From a virus (Duplodnaviria; Heunggongvirae; Uroviricota; Caudoviricetes), in IMG/VR virus record IMGVR_UViG_2537562190_000013: a DNA stretch of 43,776 nucleotides; one strand, given 5' to 3'. The notes below the pieces were generated by a model. The model did no database searches, was not told the DNA's origin, and worked only from the letters and a program-made list of their open reading frames with translations. Of the stretch, positions 9,413 to 18,322 are shown one piece after another. How positions within the stretch are numbered: the first letter of the stretch is position 1; each line of letters starts with the position of its first letter. A program made the position numbers and the translations under genes.

Positions 9413-10588
9413 CTACTTTTTGCAATTACTTGTGAGCGTTGTTGAGCTGTGGTTGTCATAATCACTCAAGTAACGCCCATAATGACGAAACAACATTTCG
9501 GGCCCCTTATGCCCCATCTGCCCTGCTAGCCAGAAGAGATTAGCTCCTTGGCTAATGTACTTAGTAGCATAAGTGTGCCTGGTCTGATATGGGTTTCTGT
9601 AGCGAATACCTGCTTTTCGCAATGTTGGCACCCATGCTTTTTTCCTGATTGCATCAGCACTTGCCCAAGGCTTATTGGTCTTTGGATCTTCAAAGACCGT
9701 AGCATCTTTCATGAACGTAAATGGCTTCTGATTTATCAGCGCCAACATTGCCTCTTCTGTCAGTTCAACTTTACGAGTACCGGCTTTTGTTTTGGTCCCT
9801 TTGATAACACCAACAACACTTGCGCTCTGGACATGTGCTGTTTTTCCAACAAAGTCGATATCACGCCATCGAAGGGCACATAGTTCAGAACTACGCAGGC
9901 CTGTATGTATAGCGAACCGGAACAGATTTTCCCATTGTTTGTTTCCGGCTGCTGCTAGTAATGCATCAACTTCTGCTGGTGATAGCGGATCAACCACATA
10001 GCTGCTTTCTGCTTCTGACTTATCACTTTGGTAGCGCGAAGCTGTTACTAACGATACGGGGTTAATTTGAAGTACCCCATCGGTCACGGCTTCATCAAGT
10101 GCTGACCGCAGGAAAGATAACTGGTTGCGAATGGTTTTTAAGGTTGTTTTCTGGCTTTGAATCCACGCTTTCAGGGTTGCTGGTGTTAATTCACTTGCAG
10201 GGCAAATGTGAAGTGAGGCTAACGCACTACGGCATTTTTTATAGCCACCAATCGTAGAGGGTGAAAGTTTTCTTGTTTCGCAGATTTCAAGATATTCGTC
10301 CAGGTACATCTTTACCGTTTTGCCTGCAGCAGCATTACCAAAAATTTTCAAACGAGCAGAACGGGGAAAATATTCTGCATAAATGAATGTTCCCCTTTCG
10401 ATCTTATTATGGATTTCGCCGAGTGTACGCTCGGCGTATTTAATGTTCTTTGGTGTTACTTCCAGATTGGAAAGCGGCTCACGACATCTAACTCCTTTGT
10501 AGGTGAAAGTTATATTGATCGTTTCGCCCTGGCGGTGTTTCCTGATTGTTACGCCGCGCGGTAGTTTGAGCAGTTTTGTCTGGCCCAT
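9413..10588 (-). CDS. int: Prophage tyrosine integrase
   Basis: 391-aa ORF with C-terminal catalytic-domain-like motifs (...HTGLRSSEL..., ...TRHTYAT..., ...LAGQMGHK...); overlaps the upstream xis-like gene. Confidence 0.85.
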   Translation of the reverse strand: MGQTKLLKLPRGVTIRKHRQGETINITFTYKGVRCREPLSNLEVTPKNIKYAERTLGEIHNKIERGTFIYAEYFPRSARLKIFGNAAAGKTVKMYLDEYLEICETRKLSPSTIGGYKKCRSALASLHICPASELTPATLKAWIQSQKTTLKTIRNQLSFLRSALDEAVTDGVLQINPVSLVTASRYQSDKSEAESSYVVDPLSPAEVDALLAAAGNKQWENLFRFAIHTGLRSSELCALRWRDIDFVGKTAHVQSASVVGVIKGTKTKAGTRKVELTEEAMLALINQKPFTFMKDATVFEDPKTNKPWASADAIRKKAWVPTLRKAGIRYRNPYQTRHTYATKYISQGANLFWLAGQMGHKGPEMLFRHYGRYLSDYDNHSSTTLTSNCKK

Positions 10589-10755
10589 TTTGCAACCTCA
10601 CTAAGATCAATCCACCTCTCCTTAACGCCTTCAACCTTTAAAACCTGAACACCTTCACGCCAAACACCGCGCTGTACACGTTTGTTTATTGCTTCAGGAG
10701 TTTCGCCAGTTTCTTTGCAATAAGTTGAGATAGGAACACAATCGAGGTTCAGCAT
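10549..10755 (-). CDS. xis: Excisionase-like small DNA-binding protein
   Basis: Small basic ORF overlapping the int 5' end, the usual xis-int arrangement. Confidence 0.6.
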   Translation of the reverse strand: MLNLDCVPISTYCKETGETPEAINKRVQRGVWREGVQVLKVEGVKERWIDLSEVAKWARQNCSNYRAA

Positions 10756-10814
10756 ATGTTTCTCCACTTAGCCCGCTGCACATGGGCAGTAATATCAAAT
10801 TCCAGTCCTGATAA

Positions 10815-11030
10815 TTAATTTTGTTCTCTGGTTGCTACTTGTTTTATTGGCCTGATGCTGTCCAGTAGCAGACGGCGACGCATGTTAGGTGCACCCCAAC
10901 GGTAACCAGTCTTTTTGTCGTAGGATTCACAACGTCCGGCAACCCAGGACGTTTCAGTGGAATGTAATTTCATCCGCTTTTCACCGTCTCGGGTGATAAC
11001 AATTCCTGTATGAGTTTTTATCACGCTCAT
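10815..11030 (-). CDS. Hypothetical early-left protein (YfdT-like)
   Basis: 71-aa ORF, stop/start coupled to the next gene. Confidence 0.4.
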   Translation of the reverse strand: MSVIKTHTGIVITRDGEKRMKLHSTETSWVAGRCESYDKKTGYRWGAPNMRRRLLLDSIRPIKQVATREQN

Positions 11031-11389
11031 TTCTTAGTCTCTGGTGCTTTCGGCATTACTGCCCAGTGAGTGATATTGACGTTTTCAAGGTCCCCGACCT
11101 GAAATGTCCACTGCCATTCTCCGGTTTCTTTTTGTCCCCAGGTGTACCAGAGAGAACGCCAGCCAATCAGCCAGCCTTCTCCGTTAGCATCAAATAACAG
11201 AACACTTTCATTTGCTGGAGGCAGTTCAGCTGACACTGGTATTATTTTGCTTTCCAGTGCCGCACATTTAGCTTCAAGCGCGTCGAATTTACGTACCAGG
11301 TACTCAGCATTTGTTTCGTTCACTTTCAGATCTCGCGGTACACATCTCCCACGAAGAAACCCTTCCATTTCGAAAACATTCATGCGCAT
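11027..11389 (-). CDS. Prophage protein with DUF551-like C-terminal region (YfdS-like)
   Basis: 120-aa ORF; Trp-rich C-terminal segment WLIGWRSLWYTWGQKETGEWQW. Confidence 0.5.
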   Translation of the reverse strand: MRMNVFEMEGFLRGRCVPRDLKVNETNAEYLVRKFDALEAKCAALESKIIPVSAELPPANESVLLFDANGEGWLIGWRSLWYTWGQKETGEWQWTFQVGDLENVNITHWAVMPKAPETKK

Positions 11390-11928
11390 TTGCGTAACTC
11401 CGATAACTCGTTAAAACGTTCCATAAACATCCCGTAGGCATGGCCCGGTGCCAGTGGAATCACGTTGAACATCTCTGTTGCCGGGATGCCTTCCAGTACA
11501 GGCCAGAAAGAGCCATCATCAAGCCCGAGATCGCGGCGTTCGGTTGCCAGCATGATGAGATCGGCATATTTCACAGGCGTGCTCATAACCGGGGGTAACC
11601 CGTATTTCTCACGGATTACGGCGTCTATTTTTTCTTCCATCCGTTTATAGTCAGGAAGAAGGCGTTTCAGTGGTGCGGGGATGTCCTGGCAATACGCTTC
11701 TGTTGCATCATGCATTAACGCTTCAAAAGCAAATTCCTGCGGTACCAGCTGGCTGCAAAGCACCGCATGTTGGGCGACGCTGTAGAAGTGTGAAAGATGG
11801 CCGGCAAAGCGACAGATATTTGAAAGGGAAACCGCGATATCGTTAATATCGATGTTGTCTTTATTTATCCTGTCATAATAAAAATGCTTCCCGGAAAAAG
11901 TTTTAATAAATGACATTTTGTTCTCCAC
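11380..11928 (-). CDS. yfdR: HD-domain phosphohydrolase (YfdR-like 5'-deoxynucleotidase family)
   Basis: H..H and HD motifs (VAQHAVL, LMHDATEAY); translation matches recalled CPS-53 YfdR. Confidence 0.65.
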   Translation of the reverse strand: MENKMSFIKTFSGKHFYYDRINKDNIDINDIAVSLSNICRFAGHLSHFYSVAQHAVLCSQLVPQEFAFEALMHDATEAYCQDIPAPLKRLLPDYKRMEEKIDAVIREKYGLPPVMSTPVKYADLIMLATERRDLGLDDGSFWPVLEGIPATEMFNVIPLAPGHAYGMFMERFNELSELRKCA

Positions 11929-12044
11929 GTTATATGCGCTGCACCGCGCTGAATTTTGGTTAAAGAAAACCCTCGCCTTCAGGCGATTATTGAGTCAATT
12001 ACGTTTCCATAAATGCCCCCGCAGGGGCATTTGCGGTAATGAAA

Positions 12045-12869
12045 TCAGGCGGTGAAAGTCCCAATAAAGGTTTCTACTTTGCTGTCCTTGAATTTCTCAA
12101 CAAGCAGATCACGAAATTCGTTAGCCATATCTTCCTGCACCGCTTCCAGCTGAATAATGCGTAGAACCAGTACCGGACGATCGCCAGTGATAATGCTGAG
12201 GCGTAATTTAAACGGACGTTCTTTCAGACCTTCAAACGGAACGCATTTAAACTCAAATGCCACTGGCATAATGTCTTTGGTCTTCGCTTCGACAGACTCC
12301 ATCAGGGAGCGTTTGCCGCTGAAGTCATTATCTTCAAAATCAGCAGTCTGGTTTGCTTCAATCGTGATTTTACGGACCGCCGCAGCCGCTTTTGTTGCCT
12401 GAATGGTGTCACCATTAGCATCAAAGCCCACAAGGTAGTCGGCCCAGTCTTCAATCCATTCTGCCAGTGACTTCTGGGAGTTACGCTCGCCATTAACAGA
12501 CAACAGAGCAGAGAACGGCGCTGCCTTTTTCAGTTTGAGAGTGGCGGTGTTATCTGCGTGACCTGGTTCATCAATAGTACCCAGGTTAAGCACACTGACG
12601 GCACGCATATTATCAGCATCGATAAAGCAGCGGGTGCCTTCATCTGCAAGATCTTTAGAATAACGGGTAAAGTCATCGATGCTGGCAGTGGAAAGCGCAC
12701 CACGGAAACGGAAGCGATTTAAATTAAATTTTTCCAGATCATGAATGCGGAAATTTTCAGGTAATGCCACTGCGTCGGCACCAATCTTACTGATAATTTC
12801 ATTAACACCCTGAGCAGAAATAAGGGCATGGATTTGATTAATTGCGGTTGCGTCTAAGTTCTGAGACAT
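12045..12869 (-). CDS. yfdQ: DUF2303-family prophage protein (YfdQ-like)
   Basis: 274-aa ORF; recalled similarity to CPS-53 YfdQ. Confidence 0.55.
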   Translation of the reverse strand: MSQNLDATAINQIHALISAQGVNEIISKIGADAVALPENFRIHDLEKFNLNRFRFRGALSTASIDDFTRYSKDLADEGTRCFIDADNMRAVSVLNLGTIDEPGHADNTATLKLKKAAPFSALLSVNGERNSQKSLAEWIEDWADYLVGFDANGDTIQATKAAAAVRKITIEANQTADFEDNDFSGKRSLMESVEAKTKDIMPVAFEFKCVPFEGLKERPFKLRLSIITGDRPVLVLRIIQLEAVQEDMANEFRDLLVEKFKDSKVETFIGTFTA

Positions 12870-12933
12870 AATAAGTCCTCACTATATAAAATATTCAGTG
12901 ATGAGATAAATAATCAGTTAATTAAAAACGATA

Positions 12934-13314
12934 TTAATGACCTGCTGCGCGGAGTTTTCCGTCAGGTTCACCGGCAAGAGTCAGTAATTGTCCCTGGTCT
13001 TCCTGCAGAATAGTCAGGCGACCACCGCGATTGACATACATCGGCGTTTCGGTGGTGTCTTCTTCAGAAATTTTCCCGCGGTTAGTCGGGCGAACATATG
13101 AGAGTTTGTGTTTGATTTTCACACGGTTCTCATCAAATGGTTCGATTTCCAGGTTGAGTGAGACCTTACCTTTGGTTTTCGTGTTCATCACACCGGAAGC
13201 GACTTCACTGAGAACTGCGCCGATTTTGGTTTCAAATACGCCGCCGTCCAGCTCCCCGATAAATGCCTGCACATCAGTACTGCGTTCGCTAGCCATTTTG
13301 CTGCTCCTCATCAT
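12934..13314 (-). CDS. Hypothetical early-left protein (YfdP-like)
   Basis: 126-aa ORF. Confidence 0.45.
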   Translation of the reverse strand: MMRSSKMASERSTDVQAFIGELDGGVFETKIGAVLSEVASGVMNTKTKGKVSLNLEIEPFDENRVKIKHKLSYVRPTNRGKISEEDTTETPMYVNRGGRLTILQEDQGQLLTLAGEPDGKLRAAGH

Positions 13315-13733
13315 ATCGACCCTGCAAGGCCGATTAGTTTCTCCACAAAACAGAGAAGAACACCTGCGGTGGCAGCCGCCCGGATGGATTGGGTTATGAG
13401 CCCGTCGTCCGGTGATGCTCTTCTCTGTTTTGTAAAAAGGACGCTACCAGCCGGAAGCAAGGGTACAAACTGGTACCGCCAGGACTACACACAGCATAAA
13501 GTTGTGGTGCCGGGTGCCTCCCGGTGCCTGGCGAAGGTTGCACACCAGACGGGTGGGTATCCACAGAAGGTCGACTGTCAGCCTCAACCTTAACCCGCGT
13601 GCGCTGAGCCGCATTCACCACAACGCTAAGGATTCTCTTTGGTTGAAAATACTTAGCTGTTATGTGCCTGTCTTTTCACCACTTCAGGCTCGGTGGTATC
13701 CTTTTAAGCCCGTATACATAAAAGGAAAATCAA

Positions 13734-13979
13734 ATGACTTTTGATGAAAAAGAACTTGATAATGCAATTAATAAAATCATCGTAACGTCGCTCTTTTCCT
13801 GTCTCAGCGACACTCAGCAGAAACGGTTCTACGAATCGGCTTTCAACATGATCGAGCGTTGTTGTTTCTGCGATGCCGACGAGTTACCTGAAAAAATCAG
13901 GAAACAGTTGGCTGATGCTCTTCGAGTGCGACTTTCTGACCAATTTTCTGAAATGTGCTCTCCGAATTTGGACAAATAG
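13734..13979 (+). CDS. Hypothetical small protein
   Basis: 81-aa ORF with AAGGA ribosome-binding site 7 nt upstream; convergent overlap with 13897-14172. Confidence 0.4.
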   Translation: MTFDEKELDNAINKIIVTSLFSCLSDTQQKRFYESAFNMIERCCFCDADELPEKIRKQLADALRVRLSDQFSEMCSPNLDK

Positions 13980-14172
13980 AAAAAGGCCATTTCCATTCAG
14001 GGTCTGATGGAAATACTTCAGCCTGTTCCAAAGCACGGCGTAAAGAGAACACAACTCCAGCCATAATCTGATGTTTCCCATTGGTCCAGCTATCGCCGCT
14101 CTGATCTACAGGGGCGGCTATGTCGTATGACCAAACGACTTCACAGTTATTGTTTAAAATCTGGACTTTCAT
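13897..14172 (-). CDS. Hypothetical protein, first gene downstream of the putative leftward early promoter (N/rex position), not N-like
   Basis: ATG at 14172 with AGGTG ribosome-binding site; 91 aa; no arginine-rich motif. Confidence 0.45.
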   Translation of the reverse strand: MKVQILNNNCEVVWSYDIAAPVDQSGDSWTNGKHQIMAGVVFSLRRALEQAEVFPSDPEWKWPFSICPNSESTFQKIGQKVALEEHQPTVS

Positions 14173-14299
14173 TTCATACACCTGCTTTAACATGAGTGCC
14201 TGATGGCACAACATGACTCAACGAATCATCCTGGACTTCATATGCCCCAGGCGGCTACTTCGTGGGCGTCCTGCCTGTTCGTTATCTTTGATATAAAAT

Positions 14300-14313
14300 C
14301 TAACTTAACTTAG
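14300..14313. promoter_or_regulatory. Operator-like site CTAACTTAACTTAG (oL-like) overlapping a candidate leftward promoter
   Basis: Shares the CTAA-N5-CTTAG pattern with the two sites in the cI-cro intergenic region. Confidence 0.45.
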
Positions 14314-14378
14314 TTATTATGGCAAGAGAAAACACCAAACTTTTCTTAGTTCGGTGCCTTAGTTAGAGAAGAGAGGTC

Positions 14379-15005
14379 TTAGAGTTCGTATTGAACTCCT
14401 TTGACTACACCAATGATAAGGCAATTACCATTGATAGGGATGTTGGGATACCGAGGATTTAATGGCACTAAAAACTTTTGAGGGCCATCGATGACTAATT
14501 TTTTTACTGTAGCTTCGTTTGTTCCATCAAGTCGAGCGATGACTATTTTTCCATGACGAGGTTCTGCATCTGGATCTACAATCACTGTTGCGCCTTCTGG
14601 TATTGTTGGGAGGCCATTAGGGTTAGTCATGGAGTCACCTTTAACCTCTAATGCAAATGAGTTATCACCAATCTTTAATGATGTATCTACCCACTTGTCC
14701 ACTTCACTAAACACTTCTGCTGCCCTGCACTCAGTAAACTGCCCAGCCTGAACCCACGATATTACAGGAACTCTGCGCATGTTTGTGACGAGTTTGCCTT
14801 CAAACTCAGCACCATAAAGAATGTAATCTATTGACGTATTGAAGAACTTCGCTAATTTCGAAAGTGCCTCCCCACCAGGGGTATTGATGTCTTTCTCCCA
14901 GTACCCCACAGCAACGTCGCTTACTCCACAAAATTTACCCAATTCTTTCTGGGACGTTCCGGTAACTCTTCTCAGAGCTTTTATACGCTGACCAACCGTT
15001 TCCAT
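14379..15005 (-). CDS. cI: CI-like prophage repressor (N-terminal HTH, C-terminal S24 LexA-like peptidase domain)
   Basis: HTH segment QKELGKFCGVSDVAVGYWEKD; S24-like GDSM serine motif and C-terminal Lys (VKKL); divergent from a cro-like gene. Confidence 0.85.
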   Translation of the reverse strand: METVGQRIKALRRVTGTSQKELGKFCGVSDVAVGYWEKDINTPGGEALSKLAKFFNTSIDYILYGAEFEGKLVTNMRRVPVISWVQAGQFTECRAAEVFSEVDKWVDTSLKIGDNSFALEVKGDSMTNPNGLPTIPEGATVIVDPDAEPRHGKIVIARLDGTNEATVKKLVIDGPQKFLVPLNPRYPNIPINGNCLIIGVVKGVQYEL

Positions 15006-15027
15006 AGGAGCACCATTTCTTGAATTG

Positions 15028-15090
15028 CTAAGTAATCTTAGTTTTTATTGACCAAAGATAGATTTGTAATTAGCATCTAATAAAACTTAG
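15028..15090. promoter_or_regulatory. oR-like operator region: two 14-bp sites CTAAGTAATCTTAG (15028-15041) and CTAATAAAACTTAG (15077-15090) between cI and cro
   Basis: Palindromic half-sites CTAAG/CTTAG in the divergent promoter region. Confidence 0.5.
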
Positions 15091-15102
15091 TTTGGAGGGC
15101 GT

Positions 15103-15303
15103 ATGACAACTGACGATATCGAAAGCTACTTCGGCAGTATTGAGAAAGTTGCTGCTTTTTTCGGCATAACAACTGAAGCCGTTTATCAGTGGCGAAACCG
15201 TCCGGGCCAGTTAATTCCAAAAGGACGTGCAGCAGAAGCTGCATATAGAACTTGCGGACGGTTGCCATTTAAACCTGAGCTTTATGAAAAATCTAATGGA
15301 TAA
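15103..15303 (+). CDS. cro: Cro-like small HTH regulator (YdaS-like)
   Basis: 66-aa ORF, GGAGGG ribosome-binding site, divergent from cI; HTH-like segment AAFFGITTEAVYQWRN. Confidence 0.7.
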   Translation: MTTDDIESYFGSIEKVAAFFGITTEAVYQWRNRPGQLIPKGRAAEAAYRTCGRLPFKPELYEKSNG

Positions 15304-15892
15304 ATCGATTAACAGAAACCACAGAACGATGAGGCTAACCGTGGGTAAGCATCACTGGAAAGTAGAAAAACAGCCTGAGTGGTACGTGAAAGCTGTCAGA
15401 AAAACTATCGCAGCGTTGCCGGGTGGTTACGCTGAAGCAGCTGACTGGCTGGATGTAACAGAAAACGCATTATTTAACCGCCTTCGTGCCGATGGCGATC
15501 AGATTTTCCCGCTGGGATGGGCAATGATTTTGCAACGTGCTGGTGGAACTCACTTCATTGCTGACGCTGTGGCGCAGTCTGCAAATGGCGTCTTTGTGTC
15601 TCTTCCTGACGTCGAGGATGTGGACAACGCCGATATTAACCAGCGCCTGCTGGAAGTCATTGAACAGATTGGCAGTTATTCCAGACAGATTCGTTCGGCA
15701 ATCGAAGACGGTGTGGTGGAACCGCATGAGAAGACAGCAATTAACGACGAGCTGTATCTCTCAATTTCGAAGCTGCAGGAGCATGCAGCACTGGTCTACA
15801 AAATCTTTTGCATTTCAGAAAGTAATGACGCCCGCGAGTGTGCAGCTCCGGGCGCCGTGGCGTGTCGTGACTGTGGAGAAACTAACGCATGA
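15296..15892 (+). CDS. CII-position regulatory protein (YdaT-like), start uncertain
   Basis: ATG overlaps cro stop (ATGGATAA); ORF continues to 15892. Confidence 0.45.
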   Translation: MDKSINRNHRTMRLTVGKHHWKVEKQPEWYVKAVRKTIAALPGGYAEAADWLDVTENALFNRLRADGDQIFPLGWAMILQRAGGTHFIADAVAQSANGVFVSLPDVEDVDNADINQRLLEVIEQIGSYSRQIRSAIEDGVVEPHEKTAINDELYLSISKLQEHAALVYKIFCISESNDARECAAPGAVACRDCGETNA

Positions 15893-16227
15893 ACAGTTTA
15901 ACAACACACTACCGTCGCTCGCAACTGATTGCGCTTCCTGTACCGGGTGGAAAAGCGAAGGTGGAGTATTGCTATGCAGTTAATGTACCAGGTGACAGGG
16001 AAATTGTAACCCACAGCTTTGCTGAGTGGGCTGTGGGTGATTTCAACCGGCAGAAGGAGACAGTCCTTTGCGACAAGTTAACCGCTGGTTCAAAGATCAC
16101 TACGGAGTGCCCGTCAGAGTCATTCGTTGGGAGCCGGAAACACAACGAGTTATCTACCTCCGCGAAGGCTATGAGCATGAGTGCTTCAGCCCGCTCGAAC
16201 AGTTTCGTCGTAAATTCAGGGAAATAG
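15889..16227 (+). CDS. Hypothetical protein; 3' part may be frameshifted (alternative frame 16041-16247 looks more protein-like and ends overlapping the next start)
   Basis: Frame-1 ORF of 112 aa; a frame-3 segment [34 protein letters not shown] has no start codon. Confidence 0.4.
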   Translation: MNSLTTHYRRSQLIALPVPGGKAKVEYCYAVNVPGDREIVTHSFAEWAVGDFNRQKETVLCDKLTAGSKITTECPSESFVGSRKHNELSTSAKAMSMSASARSNSFVVNSGK

Positions 16228-16236
16228 AGGTCGGTC

Positions 16237-17178
16237 ATGAGCACTAAATTAACCGGCTATGTATGGGATGGTTGCGCTGCATCAGGCATGAAATTATCCA
16301 GCGTGGCAATTATGGCCCGCCTGGCTGATTTCAGTAATGACGAAGGTGTGTGCTGGCCATCAATTGAAACTATTGCCCGTCAGATTGGCGCGGGGATGAG
16401 TACCGTCAGGACGGCTATCGCACGGCTGGAAGCAGAAGGCTGGTTAACGCGTAAGGCGCGTCGCCAGGGTAACCGCAATGCGTCGAATGTTTATCAGCTT
16501 AACGTTGCGAAGCTTCAGGCAGCGGCATTTTCTCAACTGTCAGATTCTGACCCGTCAAAATCTGACGCATCAAAATCTGACCCGTCAAAATTTGATGCGT
16601 CGAAATCTGGCAAAAAAGCGGGTTTTCACCCGTCAGAATCTGGCGGGGATCCGTCAGTAAAATCAAAACATGATCCGTCAGATAAAAAACCTTCTCGTCC
16701 GGACGCTTCGCAACCGGACACGCAGACGGATGAACAGGATTTTTTAACTCGCCATCCTGATGCGGTTGTATTCAGCCCTAAAAAGCGCCAGTGGGGAACG
16801 CAGGATGATTTGACCTGCGCACAGTGGCTCTGGAAAAAAATCATCGCCCTGTACGAGCAGGCCGCCGAATGTGACGGCGAGGTGGTTCGTCCCAAAGAAC
16901 CGAACTGGACAGCCTGGGCAAACGAAATTCGCCTGATGTGTGTGCAGGATGGTCGTAATCATAAACAAATCTGCGAGATGTACAGCCGCGTCAGTCGCGA
17001 TCCGTTCTGGTGCCGTAACGTGCTCAGCCCGTCGAAGCTGCGGGAAAAATGGGATGAGCTTTCCCTGCGCTTATCGCCGTCCATCAGCACATACACAGAA
17101 AAACGCGAAGACCCATATTTCAAATCCAGTTACGACAACGTGGACTACAGCCAGATCCCGGCAGGATTCAGGGGGTGA
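16237..17178 (+). CDS. Replication initiator (lambda O-like role) with N-terminal HTH and internal iteron-encoded peptide repeats
   Basis: N-terminal HTH-like SVAIMARLADFSNDEGVCWPSIETIARQIGAGMSTVRTAIARLE; repeat DPSKSDASKSDPSKFDASKS encoded by the iterons. Confidence 0.7.
   Translation: MSTKLTGYVWDGCAASGMKLSSVAIMARLADFSNDEGVCWPSIETIARQIGAGMSTVRTAIARLEAEGWLTRKARRQGNRNASNVYQLNVAKLQAAAFSQLSDSDPSKSDASKSDPSKFDASKSGKKAGFHPSESGGDPSVKSKHDPSDKKPSRPDASQPDTQTDEQDFLTRHPDAVVFSPKKRQWGTQDDLTCAQWLWKKIIALYEQAAECDGEVVRPKEPNWTAWANEIRLMCVQDGRNHKQICEMYSRVSRDPFWCRNVLSPSKLREKWDELSLRLSPSISTYTEKREDPYFKSSYDNVDYSQIPAGFRG
16541..16690. repeat. Putative replication origin: about 5 tandem 15-bp iterons (around TCAAAATCTGACCCG) followed by related spaced copies and an A-rich tract
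   Basis: Direct repeats containing CCGTCA(A/G)AAT(C/T)TG at 16552, 16582, 16630, 16651, 16675; lies inside the replication gene as in lambda ori. Confidence 0.6.
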
Positions 17179-17669
17179 GCATGAGTCTTTTGAATGAAGT
17201 TCAGAAATTCATTGAAGCCCATCCGGGCTGTACTTCCGGAGACATTGCGGATGCTTTTGCAGGTTACTCACGGCAGCGCGTTCTGCAGTCAGCAAGCAAG
17301 TTACGTCAGAGTGGGCGTGTGGCTCACTATTGTGAAGGGGATACACGCAGACATTTCCCGCGCCTGACTGAGAGAGCGCAGGAGCCGGAACCGCAACCAG
17401 TTCGTGAAACCAGACCTGTGCGCAATTTCTATGTCGGCACTAACGATCCACGGGTGATTTTGTGCCTGACCCGCCAGGCTGAAGAACTGGAGTCCAGGGG
17501 CCTATACCGTCGTGCTGCAACGGTGTGGATGGCGGCATTCCGTGAAAGCCACTCCCAGCCAGAACGAAACAATTTTCTGGCGCGTCGTGAGCAGTGCTTA
17601 CAGAAAAGCAGCAAGCGCGCTGCATCGGGTGAAGAGTGGTATCTGTCAGGGAATTACGTGGGGGCTTAA
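17175..17669 (+). CDS. PerC-family regulator-like protein
   Basis: C-terminal LESRGLYRRAATVWMAAF...FLARREQCL resembles the PerC/Pch signature. Confidence 0.5.
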   Translation: MSMSLLNEVQKFIEAHPGCTSGDIADAFAGYSRQRVLQSASKLRQSGRVAHYCEGDTRRHFPRLTERAQEPEPQPVRETRPVRNFYVGTNDPRVILCLTRQAEELESRGLYRRAATVWMAAFRESHSQPERNNFLARREQCLQKSSKRAASGEEWYLSGNYVGA

Positions 17670-18322
17670 TGAGTAATAAATATTGCCAGGCGCTGGTGGA
17701 ACTGCGGAACAAACCAGCCCATGAACTGAAGGAAGTGGGCGATCAGTGGCGCACGCCGGATAACATTTTCTGGGGAATTAACACCCTGTTTGGCCCGTTT
17801 GTTCTGGATCTGTTCACTGACGGTGATAACGCCAAATGTGCCGCGTATTACACGGCGGAAGACAACGCGCTGGCGCATGACTGGTCAGAACGTCTTGCGG
17901 AGCTTAAAGGTGCTGCCTTTGGTAATCCCCCATACAGCCGCGCCAGTCAGCATGAGGGGCAATACATCACAGGCATGCGTTACATCATGAAGCATGCCAG
18001 TGCCATGCGTGATAAAGGTGGGCGCTATGTTTTCCTGATCAAAGCTGCCACCAGCGAAGTGTGGTGGCCGGAAGATGCAGATCATATTGCTTTTATTCGC
18101 GGGCGTATCGGTTTTGAACTGCCTGCCTGGTTTATCCCGAAGGATGAGAAGCAGGTGCCGACAGGCGCTTTCTTCGCTGGTGCTATTGCTGTTTTCGACA
18201 AGACCTGGAAGGGACCGGCAATCAGCTACATCGGGCGCGATGAACTTGAGGCATGTGGTGAGGCCTTTCTGGCGCAGGTTCGCCAGCAGGCAGAAAAACT
18301 GGTCAGGGAGATGGTGGCATGA
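17669..18322 (+). CDS. Phage orphan DNA N6-adenine methyltransferase (Dam-like)
   Basis: Catalytic NPPY motif (FGNPPYS); ATG overlaps upstream stop (TAATG). Confidence 0.75.
   Translation: MSNKYCQALVELRNKPAHELKEVGDQWRTPDNIFWGINTLFGPFVLDLFTDGDNAKCAAYYTAEDNALAHDWSERLAELKGAAFGNPPYSRASQHEGQYITGMRYIMKHASAMRDKGGRYVFLIKAATSEVWWPEDADHIAFIRGRIGFELPAWFIPKDEKQVPTGAFFAGAIAVFDKTWKGPAISYIGRDELEACGEAFLAQVRQQAEKLVREMVA

Noticed and set aside
13315-13733. Retron ncRNA
   Set aside because: Inverted repeats present but no reverse transcriptase gene anywhere in the window
13369-13744. Overlapping ORFs on both strands in the GC-rich block (13369-13593, 13394-13621, 13502-13744)
   Set aside because: Mutually overlapping, no ribosome-binding sites, Arg/Pro-rich random-like translations; treated as noncoding structured DNA/RNA
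16541-16690. CRISPR-like array
   Set aside because: Repeats are 15 bp with no unique spacers, lie inside a coding gene and have no cas genes nearby; these are replication iterons
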